Shown here one piece after another: positions 25,737 to 36,047 of a DNA stretch of 64,000 nucleotides; positions within the stretch are counted from its first letter, which is position 1; each line of letters starts with the position of its first letter. Position numbers and translations under genes: made by a program. Under the pieces are notes generated by a model that was given only the letters and a program-made list of their open reading frames with translations, made no database searches and was not told the origin of the DNA. The stretch is from the NCBI GenBank assembly GCA_902616145.1, contig CACMRM010000001.1:161450-225449 (forward strand), read 5' to 3'. The stretch is from an uncultured Pelagibacteraceae bacterium (GTDB taxonomy: Bacteria > Pseudomonadota > Alphaproteobacteria > Pelagibacterales > Pelagibacteraceae).

Positions 25737-28700
25737 ATGTTTTTAACAGACCTATCTATCAAAAGACCTGTCGTAGCTTCAGTAATGAGCTTGGTTTTAG
25801 TGATATTTGGTCTTGTAACTTTTCAAGAAATTCCAACTGATGAACTACCTGATGTGCAGCCTCCTGTGGTAACTATTCAAACCGAGTATAGAGGTGCATC
25901 GGCAGAAATTGTTGATACTCAAATAACTCAAAAAATTGAGGACTTTGTTGGAGGCACACCCGGACTAGAAACGATAGACTCATTTAGTGAGGATGAAAGT
26001 TCAAGAATTACACTTACATTTGAGACAAGTTTAGACTTAGATGATGTTGCTAACGATGTAAGAAGCTCTGTTTCTAGAGTGCTTGATAATTTACCAGAGG
26101 GCGCGGAACAGCCTGAAATTTTTAAACAAAGTGCAGGTATGAGAACTACTATGTGGTTATCATTCAACTCTGAAACGATGACTGATTTAGAATTAACTGA
26201 TTACGCCGATAGATATTTAACTGATACTTTCTCCACTGTTGATGGCGTAGGCAGAGTTCGCCTTGGCGGTCAAAGAGAACTCTCATTAAGAGTTTGGTTA
26301 GATCCAATAGCTTTAGCTGCAAGAGATCTTACTACTCAAGAAGTTGAGACAATTCTCAGACAAGAAAATACTGAGTTCCCAGCTGGACGAATTGAATCAA
26401 GAGATATCGATCTAACTATAAAACTTGATAAAGCTTATAAAGAAGTTGAAAATTATAAAAATCTACCTCTAAAAAGAGCTAAGGACGGATCGATCATAAC
26501 CTTGTCAGATGTTTCAAGAATCGAATTAGGAGCTGAGTCAACAAGAACTCTTTTTAAAGGAAACGGAAAACAAGTTGTTGGTATAGGGATATATCAACAA
26601 TCTGATGCAAACACCATTGCAGTAGCAAATGGGATTAAAAAAAAAATAAAAGAACTAAAACCAAGCTTGCCACCAGGAACTACTTTAGAAGTTTCATTTG
26701 ATAGAAGTAATTATATAAAATCTGCTATTAAAGAAGTTTATAAAACACTGATTATTGCATTAATATTAGTGACTATTATAATATATCTATTTCTCGGCAA
26801 CCTAAGAGCTTTGGTTGTTCCTTTAATAGCTTTGCCTGTTTCATTAATCTCAACTTTTTTATCAATTTATATTTTTGATTTTTCAATTAATCTTTTTACT
26901 TTGATGGCCTTAGTACTAGCCATTGGTATTGTTGTTGATGATGCCATTGTGATGCTTGAAAATATAGTGAGAAGAATAGAGTTAGGAGACACACCTTTAG
27001 TTGCAGCTTACAAAGGTGCTAAGCAAGTCTCTTTTGCAATAATAGCTACAACTGTTGTATTAGTGGCAGTATTTGTTCCTCTAATTTTTATTAAAGGAAT
27101 TACAGGAGTTCTTTTTACTCAAACAGCAATAACTCTTGCATCGGCTGTAATTATTTCCAGCTTTGTTGCATTATCACTAAGTCCAATGTTAGCTAGTAAA
27201 TTTTTGCAAAAAGATATGCAAAAATCAAAAATTGTTTTAAAATTTGAGAAGTTTTTAAAAGATCTCACTTATCTGTATAAAGTTTCACTATTAAATTGGA
27301 TAAAGAAAAGAAAAACAATAACTATTTTTTTATTAGGTACTCTTGCATTAACAATATTCTTTTTTAATTTTGCTAAGAAAGAATTAATTGCTCCTGAAGA
27401 TAGGGGTGCATTTTTTGTAATTGTAAAAGCTCCACAAGGATCTGGTTTTAATTTTACCAAAGATAGAGCAGAAGAAATTGAGGAATTATTACTTCCAAGT
27501 GTAGGTAAAGGTGAATATAGAAAATTAATTATGAGAGTTCCAGGTTTTGGAAAGTCAGCCAAACAAGTAAATAGCGGTTTTATAATTGTTCTTTTAGAGC
27601 CTTGGGCTAAAAGAGATCGTCATGGAGTCGAAATAATGAGAGAGTCTTTTGGAAAAATTGCGAGAGTGCCGGGTGTTTTAGCTTTTCCAATAATGCCTCA
27701 AGGGATAAGGACCGGCGGAATAGAAAGTCCAGTGCAATTTGTTGTTTTAGGCAATACATATGAACAATTGATTGAGTGGAAAGAGATAATTAAGAAAGAG
27801 GCAAGAAAAAATCCTGGTCTTACTTCTATTCAAGACGACTTTGATCTGAACAAGCCTCAATTAAACGTAAAGATAGATCAAAAAAAAGCTGCTGATCTAG
27901 GAGTTTCAACAGAAGATATTGGTAAAACTATAGAAACAATTTTTGGTTCTAAAAGAGTTACAAACTTTACAAGGGATGGAAAAGAATATTCTATAATTTT
28001 ACAAGGTGATATCAAAGATAGACAAGAGCCTGATAGTATCAGTAAAGTTTTTGTAAGATCTAAAAATAATGGAAAGCTTGTATCTGTTTCAAACTTAGTT
28101 GCATACGATGAAGAGGGACAATCTCCATTCTTAGCAAGATACAATAGACAAAAAGCAGTTACTATCTCGGCAAGACTTGTGGGAGACTATTCACTTGATG
28201 AGGCTCTAAAGTTTTTAGTAGGTGTTGTAGAACAAAATACACCTCAAGCAAAAATTGCTTACAAAGGTGAAAGTGAAGAGTATAAAAAAACTAACACTGA
28301 ACTTTATGTAATATTTGCTTTAGCATTAATTACTGCATACCTAGCCATGAGTGCTCAATTTGAAAGCTGGAGGCACCCACTGACAATTATGTTAACTGTA
28401 CCCATGGCTATTCTTGGTGGATTAATTGGTTTACTAGTAGTTGGGTCCTCATTGAATGTTTATAGTCAGATAGCATTAATCATTTTGATCGGTCTCTCAG
28501 CTAAAAATGGTATCCTAATTGTAGAATTTGCAAATCAGTTAAGAAAGGAAGGAAAAAATTTAGAAGTTGCTGTATTTGAAGCTGCCGCTATTAGGCTAAG
28601 ACCTATTCTCATGACAAGTATCTCAACAATTATTGGGGTTTTACCGCTAATTCTTGGAACTGGACCTGGTGCTGCGAGTCGATTAACTGTTGGTATAACA

Positions 28701-28832
28701 ATTTTTGGTGGAATGTTATTCTCAACATTTTTTACTCTCTATGTAATCCCTACTGTTTATACAATTGTTGGAAGAGGAACCAAGAGGATTGATGCTGTAG
28801 AAATTGAGCTACAGAAACAGCTTAAAAAATAA
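25737..28832 (+). CDS. RND efflux pump inner-membrane transporter (AcrB/AcrD/AcrF family)
   Basis: 1031 aa with 12 TM helices and two large periplasmic loops. The N-terminal IKRPVVASVMSLVLVIFG and the VVDDAIVMLENI motif are present. Confidence 0.9.
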   Translation: MFLTDLSIKRPVVASVMSLVLVIFGLVTFQEIPTDELPDVQPPVVTIQTEYRGASAEIVDTQITQKIEDFVGGTPGLETIDSFSEDESSRITLTFETSLDLDDVANDVRSSVSRVLDNLPEGAEQPEIFKQSAGMRTTMWLSFNSETMTDLELTDYADRYLTDTFSTVDGVGRVRLGGQRELSLRVWLDPIALAARDLTTQEVETILRQENTEFPAGRIESRDIDLTIKLDKAYKEVENYKNLPLKRAKDGSIITLSDVSRIELGAESTRTLFKGNGKQVVGIGIYQQSDANTIAVANGIKKKIKELKPSLPPGTTLEVSFDRSNYIKSAIKEVYKTLIIALILVTIIIYLFLGNLRALVVPLIALPVSLISTFLSIYIFDFSINLFTLMALVLAIGIVVDDAIVMLENIVRRIELGDTPLVAAYKGAKQVSFAIIATTVVLVAVFVPLIFIKGITGVLFTQTAITLASAVIISSFVALSLSPMLASKFLQKDMQKSKIVLKFEKFLKDLTYLYKVSLLNWIKKRKTITIFLLGTLALTIFFFNFAKKELIAPEDRGAFFVIVKAPQGSGFNFTKDRAEEIEELLLPSVGKGEYRKLIMRVPGFGKSAKQVNSGFIIVLLEPWAKRDRHGVEIMRESFGKIARVPGVLAFPIMPQGIRTGGIESPVQFVVLGNTYEQLIEWKEIIKKEARKNPGLTSIQDDFDLNKPQLNVKIDQKKAADLGVSTEDIGKTIETIFGSKRVTNFTRDGKEYSIILQGDIKDRQEPDSISKVFVRSKNNGKLVSVSNLVAYDEEGQSPFLARYNRQKAVTISARLVGDYSLDEALKFLVGVVEQNTPQAKIAYKGESEEYKKTNTELYVIFALALITAYLAMSAQFESWRHPLTIMLTVPMAILGGLIGLLVVGSSLNVYSQIALIILIGLSAKNGILIVEFANQLRKEGKNLEVAVFEAAAIRLRPILMTSISTIIGVLPLILGTGPGAASRLTVGITIFGGMLFSTFFTLYVIPTVYTIVGRGTKRIDAVEIELQKQLKK

Positions 28833-29421
28833 TATATTTGTTTTTATCTAGATTTTTTTTACAGAGCGTTAATTGTTTTCTATATTTGCTTGCCATATCC
28901 TTAACTGACTTTGCATATATGACGGCCTTTTTGTCTTTTGAATAATTTTTATAATCTCCCCAGCCTTTATAATACGCTAAGTACTGTCGATAAGGATCTT
29001 TTTTTGAAATCTTTAATATTTTATTTGTTTTATGGATGTACCATCCTATAAAATCCACTGAGTCTTTGAACCTTGCTCTTGTGGCAAGTGGATTATTTGT
29101 TTCTCTTTTATATTGTTCCCAGGTTCCCTTAACTGCTTGGGAATATCCAAATGAAGATGAAGGTCTCTTAAATGGAATTACTTTAAATAATTTAGTTCTT
29201 GGAGGTTTTGCGAGCCAATTAAAGTCACTTTCTTTTTTGACAAAGGCTAATTGTAAATGAATAGGCGCCCCCCATTTTTCATAGGAAGCCTTAGAATGTT
29301 TGTACCACAAGTATCTCTCTTCAAAGATAGCACAACTATTTTGAGTATTTTTCGGAATTGACGAACATGCACTTAAAATTAAAAAAAATAAAATAAATAT
29401 TTTCTTTTTAAAAGGAATCAC
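28822..29421 (-). CDS. Lipoprotein with lytic transglycosylase (SLT)-like motifs
   Basis: Lipobox LILSAC-SS. KKESDFN...SSSFGYSQAVKGTW resembles the SLT ES...S.AGLMQ....T pattern. Weak call. Confidence 0.45.
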   Translation of the reverse strand: MIPFKKKIFILFFLILSACSSIPKNTQNSCAIFEERYLWYKHSKASYEKWGAPIHLQLAFVKKESDFNWLAKPPRTKLFKVIPFKRPSSSFGYSQAVKGTWEQYKRETNNPLATRARFKDSVDFIGWYIHKTNKILKISKKDPYRQYLAYYKGWGDYKNYSKDKKAVIYAKSVKDMASKYRKQLTLCKKNLDKNKYIIF

Positions 29422-29441
29422 TTAGTAATTTATACTAAAAA

Positions 29442-29939
29442 TTAGTTAAGCTTTCTCCATTTTTCTGGATTCATAAACTTTCCTTGCCATAATCCCAATT
29501 TGTTTTCTTTAGCAAAATCCTCATCTGGAACATATTTTTTTGAGTATCTTCTATATGCTATTGCGTATCCATTTCTTACCATCCACTGATTTAAGTTTGT
29601 TTTTTCCTTATAACATGTAGCAATATATCTTTTGTATCTGTCTTTGGTTGTAAATATACATTTTATTTCTGATCCTCGAATTTTGCTTGTTAATTTTTCT
29701 TTTGAAACTTTCCCGCAGTTATAATCTTTGTAAAATGTGAAACCAATGATAGACGAAATTTTTAAGGACTCTTTTTTACATTGTTGTCTCATTTCTGGGG
29801 CATCTATACCTTCTAGTCTAAATTTTTTACCATTAATATGGACAGTATCTCCATCTACAATTTTTGGAACACCAGATATTTCTTCTGCTATTGTATTAGA
29901 GAAAAAAGTCAAAAATAAAATTATAATAAGTAAAGGCAT
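29442..29939 (-). CDS. Secreted thermonuclease (staphylococcal nuclease/SNase) homologue
   Basis: Signal peptide, then VDGDTVHINGKKFRLEGIDAPE and the C-terminal GLWQG motif. Confidence 0.8.
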   Translation of the reverse strand: MPLLIIILFLTFFSNTIAEEISGVPKIVDGDTVHINGKKFRLEGIDAPEMRQQCKKESLKISSIIGFTFYKDYNCGKVSKEKLTSKIRGSEIKCIFTTKDRYKRYIATCYKEKTNLNQWMVRNGYAIAYRRYSKKYVPDEDFAKENKLGLWQGKFMNPEKWRKLN

Positions 29940-30332
29940 TTAGTTCCTATTTTTCCTAAAAAGTTTAAATATTAAATAAGTCAATAGTACTCCCGAGCTA
30001 TTTGCGTATAAATCATTGAGTTCAAATGCTCTATTAGGAATAAAATAATGCAACAATTCTAAAATTATTGAAATTAAAAATAAAAAAGAAAAACTATTAA
30101 TAAATTTTTTTTGATTGCTTCGAAATATAAAACCTAGAATACTTAAATAAACAAAGAATATTAAATGATTAATAGAAGTTCCTATTGGGTTTGAAATAAA
30201 ATCAGGTTGTTGCCCCAAATCTCCATATAAAATGTAACCAATTAAACTTCCTGGAAACAAATAAAGAATTAGTAGAATTATAAACGAAAAATAGAATAAA
30301 TATTTTGAAGCTGAGAAGAAAATATTTTTCAT
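29940..30332 (-). CDS. VanZ-like membrane protein
   Basis: 130 aa with 4 TM helices. ELLHYFIPNRAFELNDLYANSSG resembles the VanZ motif E..Q...pgR..d..D...N..G. Confidence 0.55.
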   Translation of the reverse strand: MKNIFFSASKYLFYFSFIILLILYLFPGSLIGYILYGDLGQQPDFISNPIGTSINHLIFFVYLSILGFIFRSNQKKFINSFSFLFLISIILELLHYFIPNRAFELNDLYANSSGVLLTYLIFKLFRKNRN

Positions 30333-30372
30333 TTAGATTTTTATATAGTACATAATAACTTAATTAACTTAT

Positions 30373-31092
30373 ATGAGTAGACTAATCTTAACAAGACACG
30401 GTCAGAGTACCTGGAACGCTGAAAATAGATTTACAGGCTGGGTAGACGTTGATCTTTCAGAGAAAGGTAAAGAAGAAGCTAAAAAGTCGGGTAAGTTAAT
30501 TTTAGAATTGAATGTTAAAATAGATATTAGTTACACTTCTTATCTTAAAAGGGCAATTGAAACTCTTACAATCATATTAAAAACTTTAAACTTACCAGTA
30601 AAGTTTAATACCTCTTGGGAGTTGAATGAAAGACATTATGGGTCATTAACAGGTTTAAATAAGGAGGAAACAAAAAAGAAAATTGGTGAAGAACAATTTA
30701 AAAAGTATAGAAGATCTTGGGACGTGGCACCTCCTCTAATGGCTAAAGATAGTAGCTACCTTGAAAATTTCAGTCCCTTAAACGGTGGAATACCCCAAAA
30801 TAAAATACCATTGGCAGAATCTTTAAAAAACACTTACGAAAGAGTAATTCCTTTTTATGATACTGAAATTAATAAGAATTTGAGAAATGGAAAAAATATT
30901 TTGATATCAGCTCATGGAAATTCATTAAGAGCATTGTGTAAATATCTCTTTAAGATTTCAGACACAAAGATTAACGAACTAGAGATTCCAACAGGAAATC
31001 CACTAATAATCGAATTCGATAATCAATTAAAAATTAAAAAATATTTTTATCTAGATGACTCCAGGGCAAAAAATATAATTTTTAATCAATAG
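30373..31092 (+). CDS. gpmA: 2,3-bisphosphoglycerate-dependent phosphoglycerate mutase
   Basis: LILTRHGQSTWNAENRFTGW (RHG catalytic motif), ERHYG and SAHGNSLRAL. Confidence 0.9.
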   Translation: MSRLILTRHGQSTWNAENRFTGWVDVDLSEKGKEEAKKSGKLILELNVKIDISYTSYLKRAIETLTIILKTLNLPVKFNTSWELNERHYGSLTGLNKEETKKKIGEEQFKKYRRSWDVAPPLMAKDSSYLENFSPLNGGIPQNKIPLAESLKNTYERVIPFYDTEINKNLRNGKNILISAHGNSLRALCKYLFKISDTKINELEIPTGNPLIIEFDNQLKIKKYFYLDDSRAKNIIFNQ

Positions 31093-31780
31093 AGCTTAGA
31101 GAAGATATTTTTTCAAACATTTCTATGGTGTTTAAATGGTAAAATTTTTGATTACTTTCCACTCCACCAAGATTGTTTTCAGTTATTAATTTTGTCCATA
31201 CTTCATTCATAGAAAAAATATTTCTATTAAAAAAAGCAAACTGATCATTTTTCATTATTTGTAGACCAGTGTAAATAAATTGGTTCTTTTCATCTTTAGT
31301 AATTATATTATTTTTTAAATTAAAGTCGCCTTTGAAAGAATTATCCAAAGATAATTCTTTTTTGACCAATAATAAACACGGTCTTTTATTTGTGAAATAC
31401 TCTTTTTCTAAAGATTGTACTTCTTCAGAATATTTATTGCTCCAGAGTGTATCAGGATTTATTACAAAAAAAGGATTATCTTTAAATTCTTTTGTTCCCT
31501 TTTTTACACCACCGCCAGTATCTAATAACAAATCTTTTTCGTTTGATATTTTAATTTTAACTTTTGATTTAAAATCTGAGATAAATTTTTCTATTTGATT
31601 AGCGAGATGATGAACGTTAACAGTAATCTCTTCTACACCATGATTAACTAATAGACTAATTGCTCTCTCAAGAAGAGTACTACCTTCTATTTCTATTAAT
31701 GGTTTTGGTTTTTTATTAGTAAGAGGTTGCATTCTTTTCCCCAAGCCAGCGGTCAATATCATACCGTGTTTTATTTTCAT
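31082..31780 (-). CDS. murU: Sugar-1-phosphate nucleotidylyltransferase (MurU-like)
   Basis: N-terminal ILTAGLGKRMQPLTNKKPKPLIEI. 4-nt overlap with the upstream kinase gene. The symbol is based on the tsaE-amgK-murU arrangement. Confidence 0.6.
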   Translation of the reverse strand: MKIKHGMILTAGLGKRMQPLTNKKPKPLIEIEGSTLLERAISLLVNHGVEEITVNVHHLANQIEKFISDFKSKVKIKISNEKDLLLDTGGGVKKGTKEFKDNPFFVINPDTLWSNKYSEEVQSLEKEYFTNKRPCLLLVKKELSLDNSFKGDFNLKNNIITKDEKNQFIYTGLQIMKNDQFAFFNRNIFSMNEVWTKLITENNLGGVESNQKFYHLNTIEMFEKISSLSSID

Positions 31781-32739
31781 AAATTATTTATTTTTTTCAG
31801 TTTTTTTATTTTTAAATGTCTTCTAAATAATAAGTTTAGATTCTTAAAAAGAGGGTTTTTTAGACGTTTCTCAATTAAATTCCAAGTATAAGGTAAATAT
31901 TTAAGATAATTAGGTTTACCATCTCTTTTAAAAAGTCTTACGAATATTCCTAGAATTTTCAAATTTCTTTGAACAGATAATATTTCAAAATCATTTTTTA
32001 AATTTTTATATTCCTCCTTTTTTAATTTTGATTTGCTATAATAAAAATTTAATAATTTTTCTTTTAAATTTGAAGGCAATTTTATTCTTACATCGTCAAT
32101 TAATGAAGCTACATCATATAATGGATTTCCGATTATTGCATCCTGGCTATCTATCAAACCAAGTTTATTTTTATTTACCATTATATTTGATGCATGAAAA
32201 TCTCTATGTACGAAAGTATCATTTTTAAAATAAAGTTTTTTATATATTTTTGTCAATTCTTTTTTAAAAATATTTTTAATCTTTTTTAGATTCGGGCTTT
32301 TAAAGCAATACTTTAAATACCAATCAAAAAATAAATCAGATTCTTTATGAAGATTCTTAATTGAATGATTTTGGAAATTAATTTCGAATTTTCCTAAACG
32401 ATAATTTTGTTGAAACTTTATATTTTGTAGTTTTATAATAATCTTAATGAGATCTTTGTAATCCTTAAATTTATTTTTTTTTTTAATAATAGAATTGTAA
32501 AAAGACTTTTGTCCCAAATCGGTAATCTCAATAATACTGTGCTCATAATGATTAGTTATCAACTTTGGAGCGTATATTTTATATTTTTCCAAAATTTTGT
32601 TGACGGCAGTATAGGTAATCAAATTTTTAAATTTTTCTTTTTTTGCTTGAATTATAATTGATGTATTCTTTCCTTTTTGTAATCTGTAAAATTCTCTAAA
32701 TGAGGCGTCTCCTGAAATTTTTTTAAGTTTATAATTCAT
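31777..32739 (-). CDS. amgK: Aminoglycoside phosphotransferase-fold kinase (AmgK-like anomeric MurNAc/GlcNAc kinase)
   Basis: GDASFREFYR N-terminus, and the HRDFHASNIM and IDSQDA catalytic motifs of the APH/choline kinase fold. Overlaps both tsaE and the murU-like gene. Confidence 0.6.
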   Translation of the reverse strand: MNYKLKKISGDASFREFYRLQKGKNTSIIIQAKKEKFKNLITYTAVNKILEKYKIYAPKLITNHYEHSIIEITDLGQKSFYNSIIKKKNKFKDYKDLIKIIIKLQNIKFQQNYRLGKFEINFQNHSIKNLHKESDLFFDWYLKYCFKSPNLKKIKNIFKKELTKIYKKLYFKNDTFVHRDFHASNIMVNKNKLGLIDSQDAIIGNPLYDVASLIDDVRIKLPSNLKEKLLNFYYSKSKLKKEEYKNLKNDFEILSVQRNLKILGIFVRLFKRDGKPNYLKYLPYTWNLIEKRLKNPLFKNLNLLFRRHLKIKKLKKINNL

Positions 32740-33178
32740 TTAAAGTTTTCCATTTACCTAAGCCTATAAATTTAATCTCTCTTTCTTTTTCATTTTTAGC
32801 ATAATCTAAATGTATTTCTAATTTATCAGATAGTGGAATATTTATGAGTTGAGGCCATTCGATAATCTTAATAGTATCTTGATTATCTAAAAAAATACCT
32901 AGTTGCTTTAATTCTTTTTCATCTCTTATTCTGTAGAGATCATAATGCATAATCTTAATTCCGTTTAAGTCATATTCATAAAGAAGGTTAAAAGTAGGGC
33001 TAAGTACTTCTGTAATCTTTTCTCCATTTTTTTTTTGTAAATAATTAATCAAGTATCTTGTAAAGGTGGTTTTTCCTACCCCGATTTCACCGATTAAAAA
33101 AATACAATCATTCTTATATAGCTTTTCAGCTACTTTTTGAGATAAAGAATTGAGATGTTCTAAAGAATTAACAATCAT
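32729..33178 (-). CDS. tsaE: tRNA t6A37 biosynthesis ATPase TsaE (YjeE)
   Basis: Walker A GEIGVGKTTFTR, SPTFNL and HYDLYR motifs. 149 aa. Confidence 0.85.
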   Translation of the reverse strand: MIVNSLEHLNSLSQKVAEKLYKNDCIFLIGEIGVGKTTFTRYLINYLQKKNGEKITEVLSPTFNLLYEYDLNGIKIMHYDLYRIRDEKELKQLGIFLDNQDTIKIIEWPQLINIPLSDKLEIHLDYAKNEKEREIKFIGLGKWKTLNEL

Positions 33179-33188
33179 TAGCTACTGT

Positions 33189-34478
33189 TTAGTAGCGGTA
33201 AGTATCTGGTTTAAATGGTCCTGATGGTTTAACGCTAATATAATCTGCTTGCTCTTTTGACATTTTAGTTAATTTTGCACCTACTTTTTCTAAATGAAGC
33301 ATAGCAACTTTTTCATCAAGATGTTTTGGAAGTACATAAACTTTCTTCTCATACTTATCTGAGTTGTTCCATAATTCAATTTGAGCAATTACTTGATTTG
33401 TAAATGAAGCGCTCATAACAAAACTTGGGTGCCCTGTAGCACATCCCAAATTAACCAATCTTCCTTCAGCTAAAAGAATGATCCTTTTTTTACTAGGCAA
33501 TTCTATTTCATGCACTTGTGGTTTTATTTCATCCCATTTGTAATTTTTTAATGCCTCAACTTGAATTTCATTATCAAAATGACCTATGTTACAAAGTATT
33601 GCTCTATCTTTCATGTCTCTCATATGATCAGCTGTAACTATATCTTTATTTCCTGTAGCAGTTACGACAATATCAGCATCTTTGATAGCTTCATCCATAA
33701 CAACAACTTCGTAACCTTCCATAGCAGCTTGTAACGCGCATATCGGGTCTGTCTCGGTTACCATAACTCTTGCACCTGCTTGACGTAAAGAAGCGGCACT
33801 TCCTTTGCCAACATCGCCGAATCCAGCGACAATAGCTACTTTGCCTGACATCATTACATCGGTTGCTCTTTTAATTCCGTCTACTAAACTTTCTCTACAA
33901 CCATAAAGGTTATCGAATTTAGATTTTGTTACCGAGTCATTTACATTTATAGCAGGTATTAGTAGCTCTTTATTAGCCTCCATTTTTTTAAGTGCTAAAA
34001 CACCTGTTGTAGTTTCTTCTGAAACACCCTTAACATCTCTTAATAAATTTTTATATTCTTTGTGCATTAAAGCTGTGAGGTCACCACCGTCGTCTAAAAT
34101 TATATTTGGTTTCCAGTCTTTTTTTCCTTCAATAGTTTGCTTAACGCACCACCAATATTCTTTTTCTGTCTCACCTTTCCATGCAAAGACAGGAATACCC
34201 GCTTTGGCTATTGCCGCAGCTGCATGATCTTGTGTTGAGAAAATATTACAAGAAGACCACCTAACCTCTGCTCCCAATTCCACTAAAGTTTCAATTAATA
34301 CTGCTGTTTGTATAGTCATATGAAGACAGCCTACGATTTTTGCACCCTTTAAAGGCTTTTTACCTTTATACTCTTTTCGGAGAGCCATTAGTCCTGGCAT
34401 TTCTGTCTCTGCTAAAGAAATTTCTTTTCTTCCAAAATCTGCTTCGTTAATATCTTTTACTTTGTAATCCTGGACCAT
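33189..34478 (-). CDS. ahcY: Adenosylhomocysteinase
   Basis: [32 protein letters not shown], the [11 protein letters not shown] motif and C-terminal PDTYRY. The ATG at 34478 is preferred over the track's TTG at 34517. Confidence 0.92.
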   Translation of the reverse strand: MVQDYKVKDINEADFGRKEISLAETEMPGLMALRKEYKGKKPLKGAKIVGCLHMTIQTAVLIETLVELGAEVRWSSCNIFSTQDHAAAAIAKAGIPVFAWKGETEKEYWWCVKQTIEGKKDWKPNIILDDGGDLTALMHKEYKNLLRDVKGVSEETTTGVLALKKMEANKELLIPAINVNDSVTKSKFDNLYGCRESLVDGIKRATDVMMSGKVAIVAGFGDVGKGSAASLRQAGARVMVTETDPICALQAAMEGYEVVVMDEAIKDADIVVTATGNKDIVTADHMRDMKDRAILCNIGHFDNEIQVEALKNYKWDEIKPQVHEIELPSKKRIILLAEGRLVNLGCATGHPSFVMSASFTNQVIAQIELWNNSDKYEKKVYVLPKHLDEKVAMLHLEKVGAKLTKMSKEQADYISVKPSGPFKPDTYRY

Positions 34479-34526
34479 ATTGAAGATGTTATTATCAACA
34501 TAAATTAACCTTAGCAAGAAATAATG

Positions 34527-36047
34527 TTAGGACACTTTAGGAAGCAAAACCTCTACCTGTGCTCCTTTAGCATTTACCCTATTTGAGGCTGCGACTGTGC
34601 CTTTATGCAATTGAACAATATTTTTTACAATATTCAAACCTAAGCCAGAGTGTTTTCCAAAACTCGAGGGTCTATTGCTATAAAAACGCTTAAAAATTTT
34701 CTGAGGCGATGTTTCTGCAAAACCTGGTCCCTCGTCTTTTATTGAAATTAATAAATTGCTAGAAGTTTCTTCCAGACCAATCTCAATTTTTTGATTATCT
34801 TTACTAAACGAAATTGAATTATCTAATAAATTAGCAACTACTTGTTCTAATCTATTGCTTATACCGAATATAAAATGACCATTTTTACTTTTAATATTAT
34901 TGATAACACTTATCTCAATTTTTTTATTTTGATTAATAAGATCTTGGTTAAAGTCTTCTACTACACTATTAACAATTTCAACTAAATTAATTTTACTCAT
35001 TTTTTCTCGGGATAAAGATGCTTCGTCTTTTAACATTTGAGTGTAATCCGTTATTAATCTTTCTATCCTTTCCACATCATGATTTATGATTTTAAGAAGT
35101 TTTTCTCCCTCATTCTTTTCAGTAGTTTTGTCTAAAAGTTCTGAGGCACTTTTTAAAGATGCAAGTGGATTTCTTATTTCATGAGCTAAATCATTTGAGA
35201 ATGTTTCTGCTCTATTAGTTCGTTGTTGTAATTCTTTAGTCATTTCATCAATTGACTGTGTTAGTTTTCCAATTTCATCATTTCTAATAAAAACTTTGTT
35301 TATATCAATTGTTTGATTAGATTTTTTTTTAACTCCGTCACTAAATTTAACTAAAAGTCCAATTGGCTTAAGAATGTATTTATTTAAAAATAGAGAAAAG
35401 ATTAAAATCACAATCGCAACGGCAATCATAGTTCTTATTATAAATGCTTTTCTCTCTTTCACAGCTGTGGTGATGTCATTTGCTTGCTCTGAAACTACAA
35501 TATAACCGATATCTTCGTTTTGGAATTTAATTTTGCTTAGTGTGCTTACAAAAAAATTATTTTTTGTATCATTAGTTACAATCATTATTTCATCATTATA
35601 TTTATTTGTAATAATATCTTTTATCTCATCTATTTCCTCTTCTTCGAGCCTCTCTTCAATATTTGGCTTAATTCTTTCACCACCCAAAGCCTCCTCGAAA
35701 ATTATATCTGATCTTGTAAAAACGCTTTGATCTAAATCTAAAATGTTTGTGTCTCCAATTAGATTTCCTGATAAATCATAAAATTGGACACGGTCTAGAC
35801 TTTGAAATAAAAATCTTGTAGAGAGCAAGAAATCTCTAATTCCCTCTTTAGTGTATTCTATATTTAGTCTTTCAAGATTATCTTTGGTATTATTAATTAC
35901 TATTTTATGATTATCTGATCTTTCTTTTACTAAATTTGGCTGAATTGCTTCAAGGTATATAATCGTAAAAAGTCCTAAAACAGAAAAGACCGTAAGGTTA
36001 ATAATTAAAAACTTCTTTAGAATAGAAGCTGATTTTTTTTGTTTCAT
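34527..36047 (-). CDS. chvG: Sensor histidine kinase, ChvG/ExoS-like (partner of ChvI)
   Basis: N-terminal TM, periplasmic domain, second TM and HAMP. H-box FSNDLAHEIRNPLASL and the G-box GLGLNIV. Stop/start overlap with the chvI-like gene. Confidence 0.7.
   Translation of the reverse strand: MKQKKSASILKKFLIINLTVFSVLGLFTIIYLEAIQPNLVKERSDNHKIVINNTKDNLERLNIEYTKEGIRDFLLSTRFLFQSLDRVQFYDLSGNLIGDTNILDLDQSVFTRSDIIFEEALGGERIKPNIEERLEEEEIDEIKDIITNKYNDEIMIVTNDTKNNFFVSTLSKIKFQNEDIGYIVVSEQANDITTAVKERKAFIIRTMIAVAIVILIFSLFLNKYILKPIGLLVKFSDGVKKKSNQTIDINKVFIRNDEIGKLTQSIDEMTKELQQRTNRAETFSNDLAHEIRNPLASLKSASELLDKTTEKNEGEKLLKIINHDVERIERLITDYTQMLKDEASLSREKMSKINLVEIVNSVVEDFNQDLINQNKKIEISVINNIKSKNGHFIFGISNRLEQVVANLLDNSISFSKDNQKIEIGLEETSSNLLISIKDEGPGFAETSPQKIFKRFYSNRPSSFGKHSGLGLNIVKNIVQLHKGTVAASNRVNAKGAQVEVLLPKVS

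Noticed and set aside
34479-34526. SAH or SAM riboswitch upstream of ahcY
   Set aside because: Only 48 nt separate ahcY from the upstream kinase gene. This is too short for the known SAH/SAM aptamers, and it lacks GC-rich pseudoknot elements.
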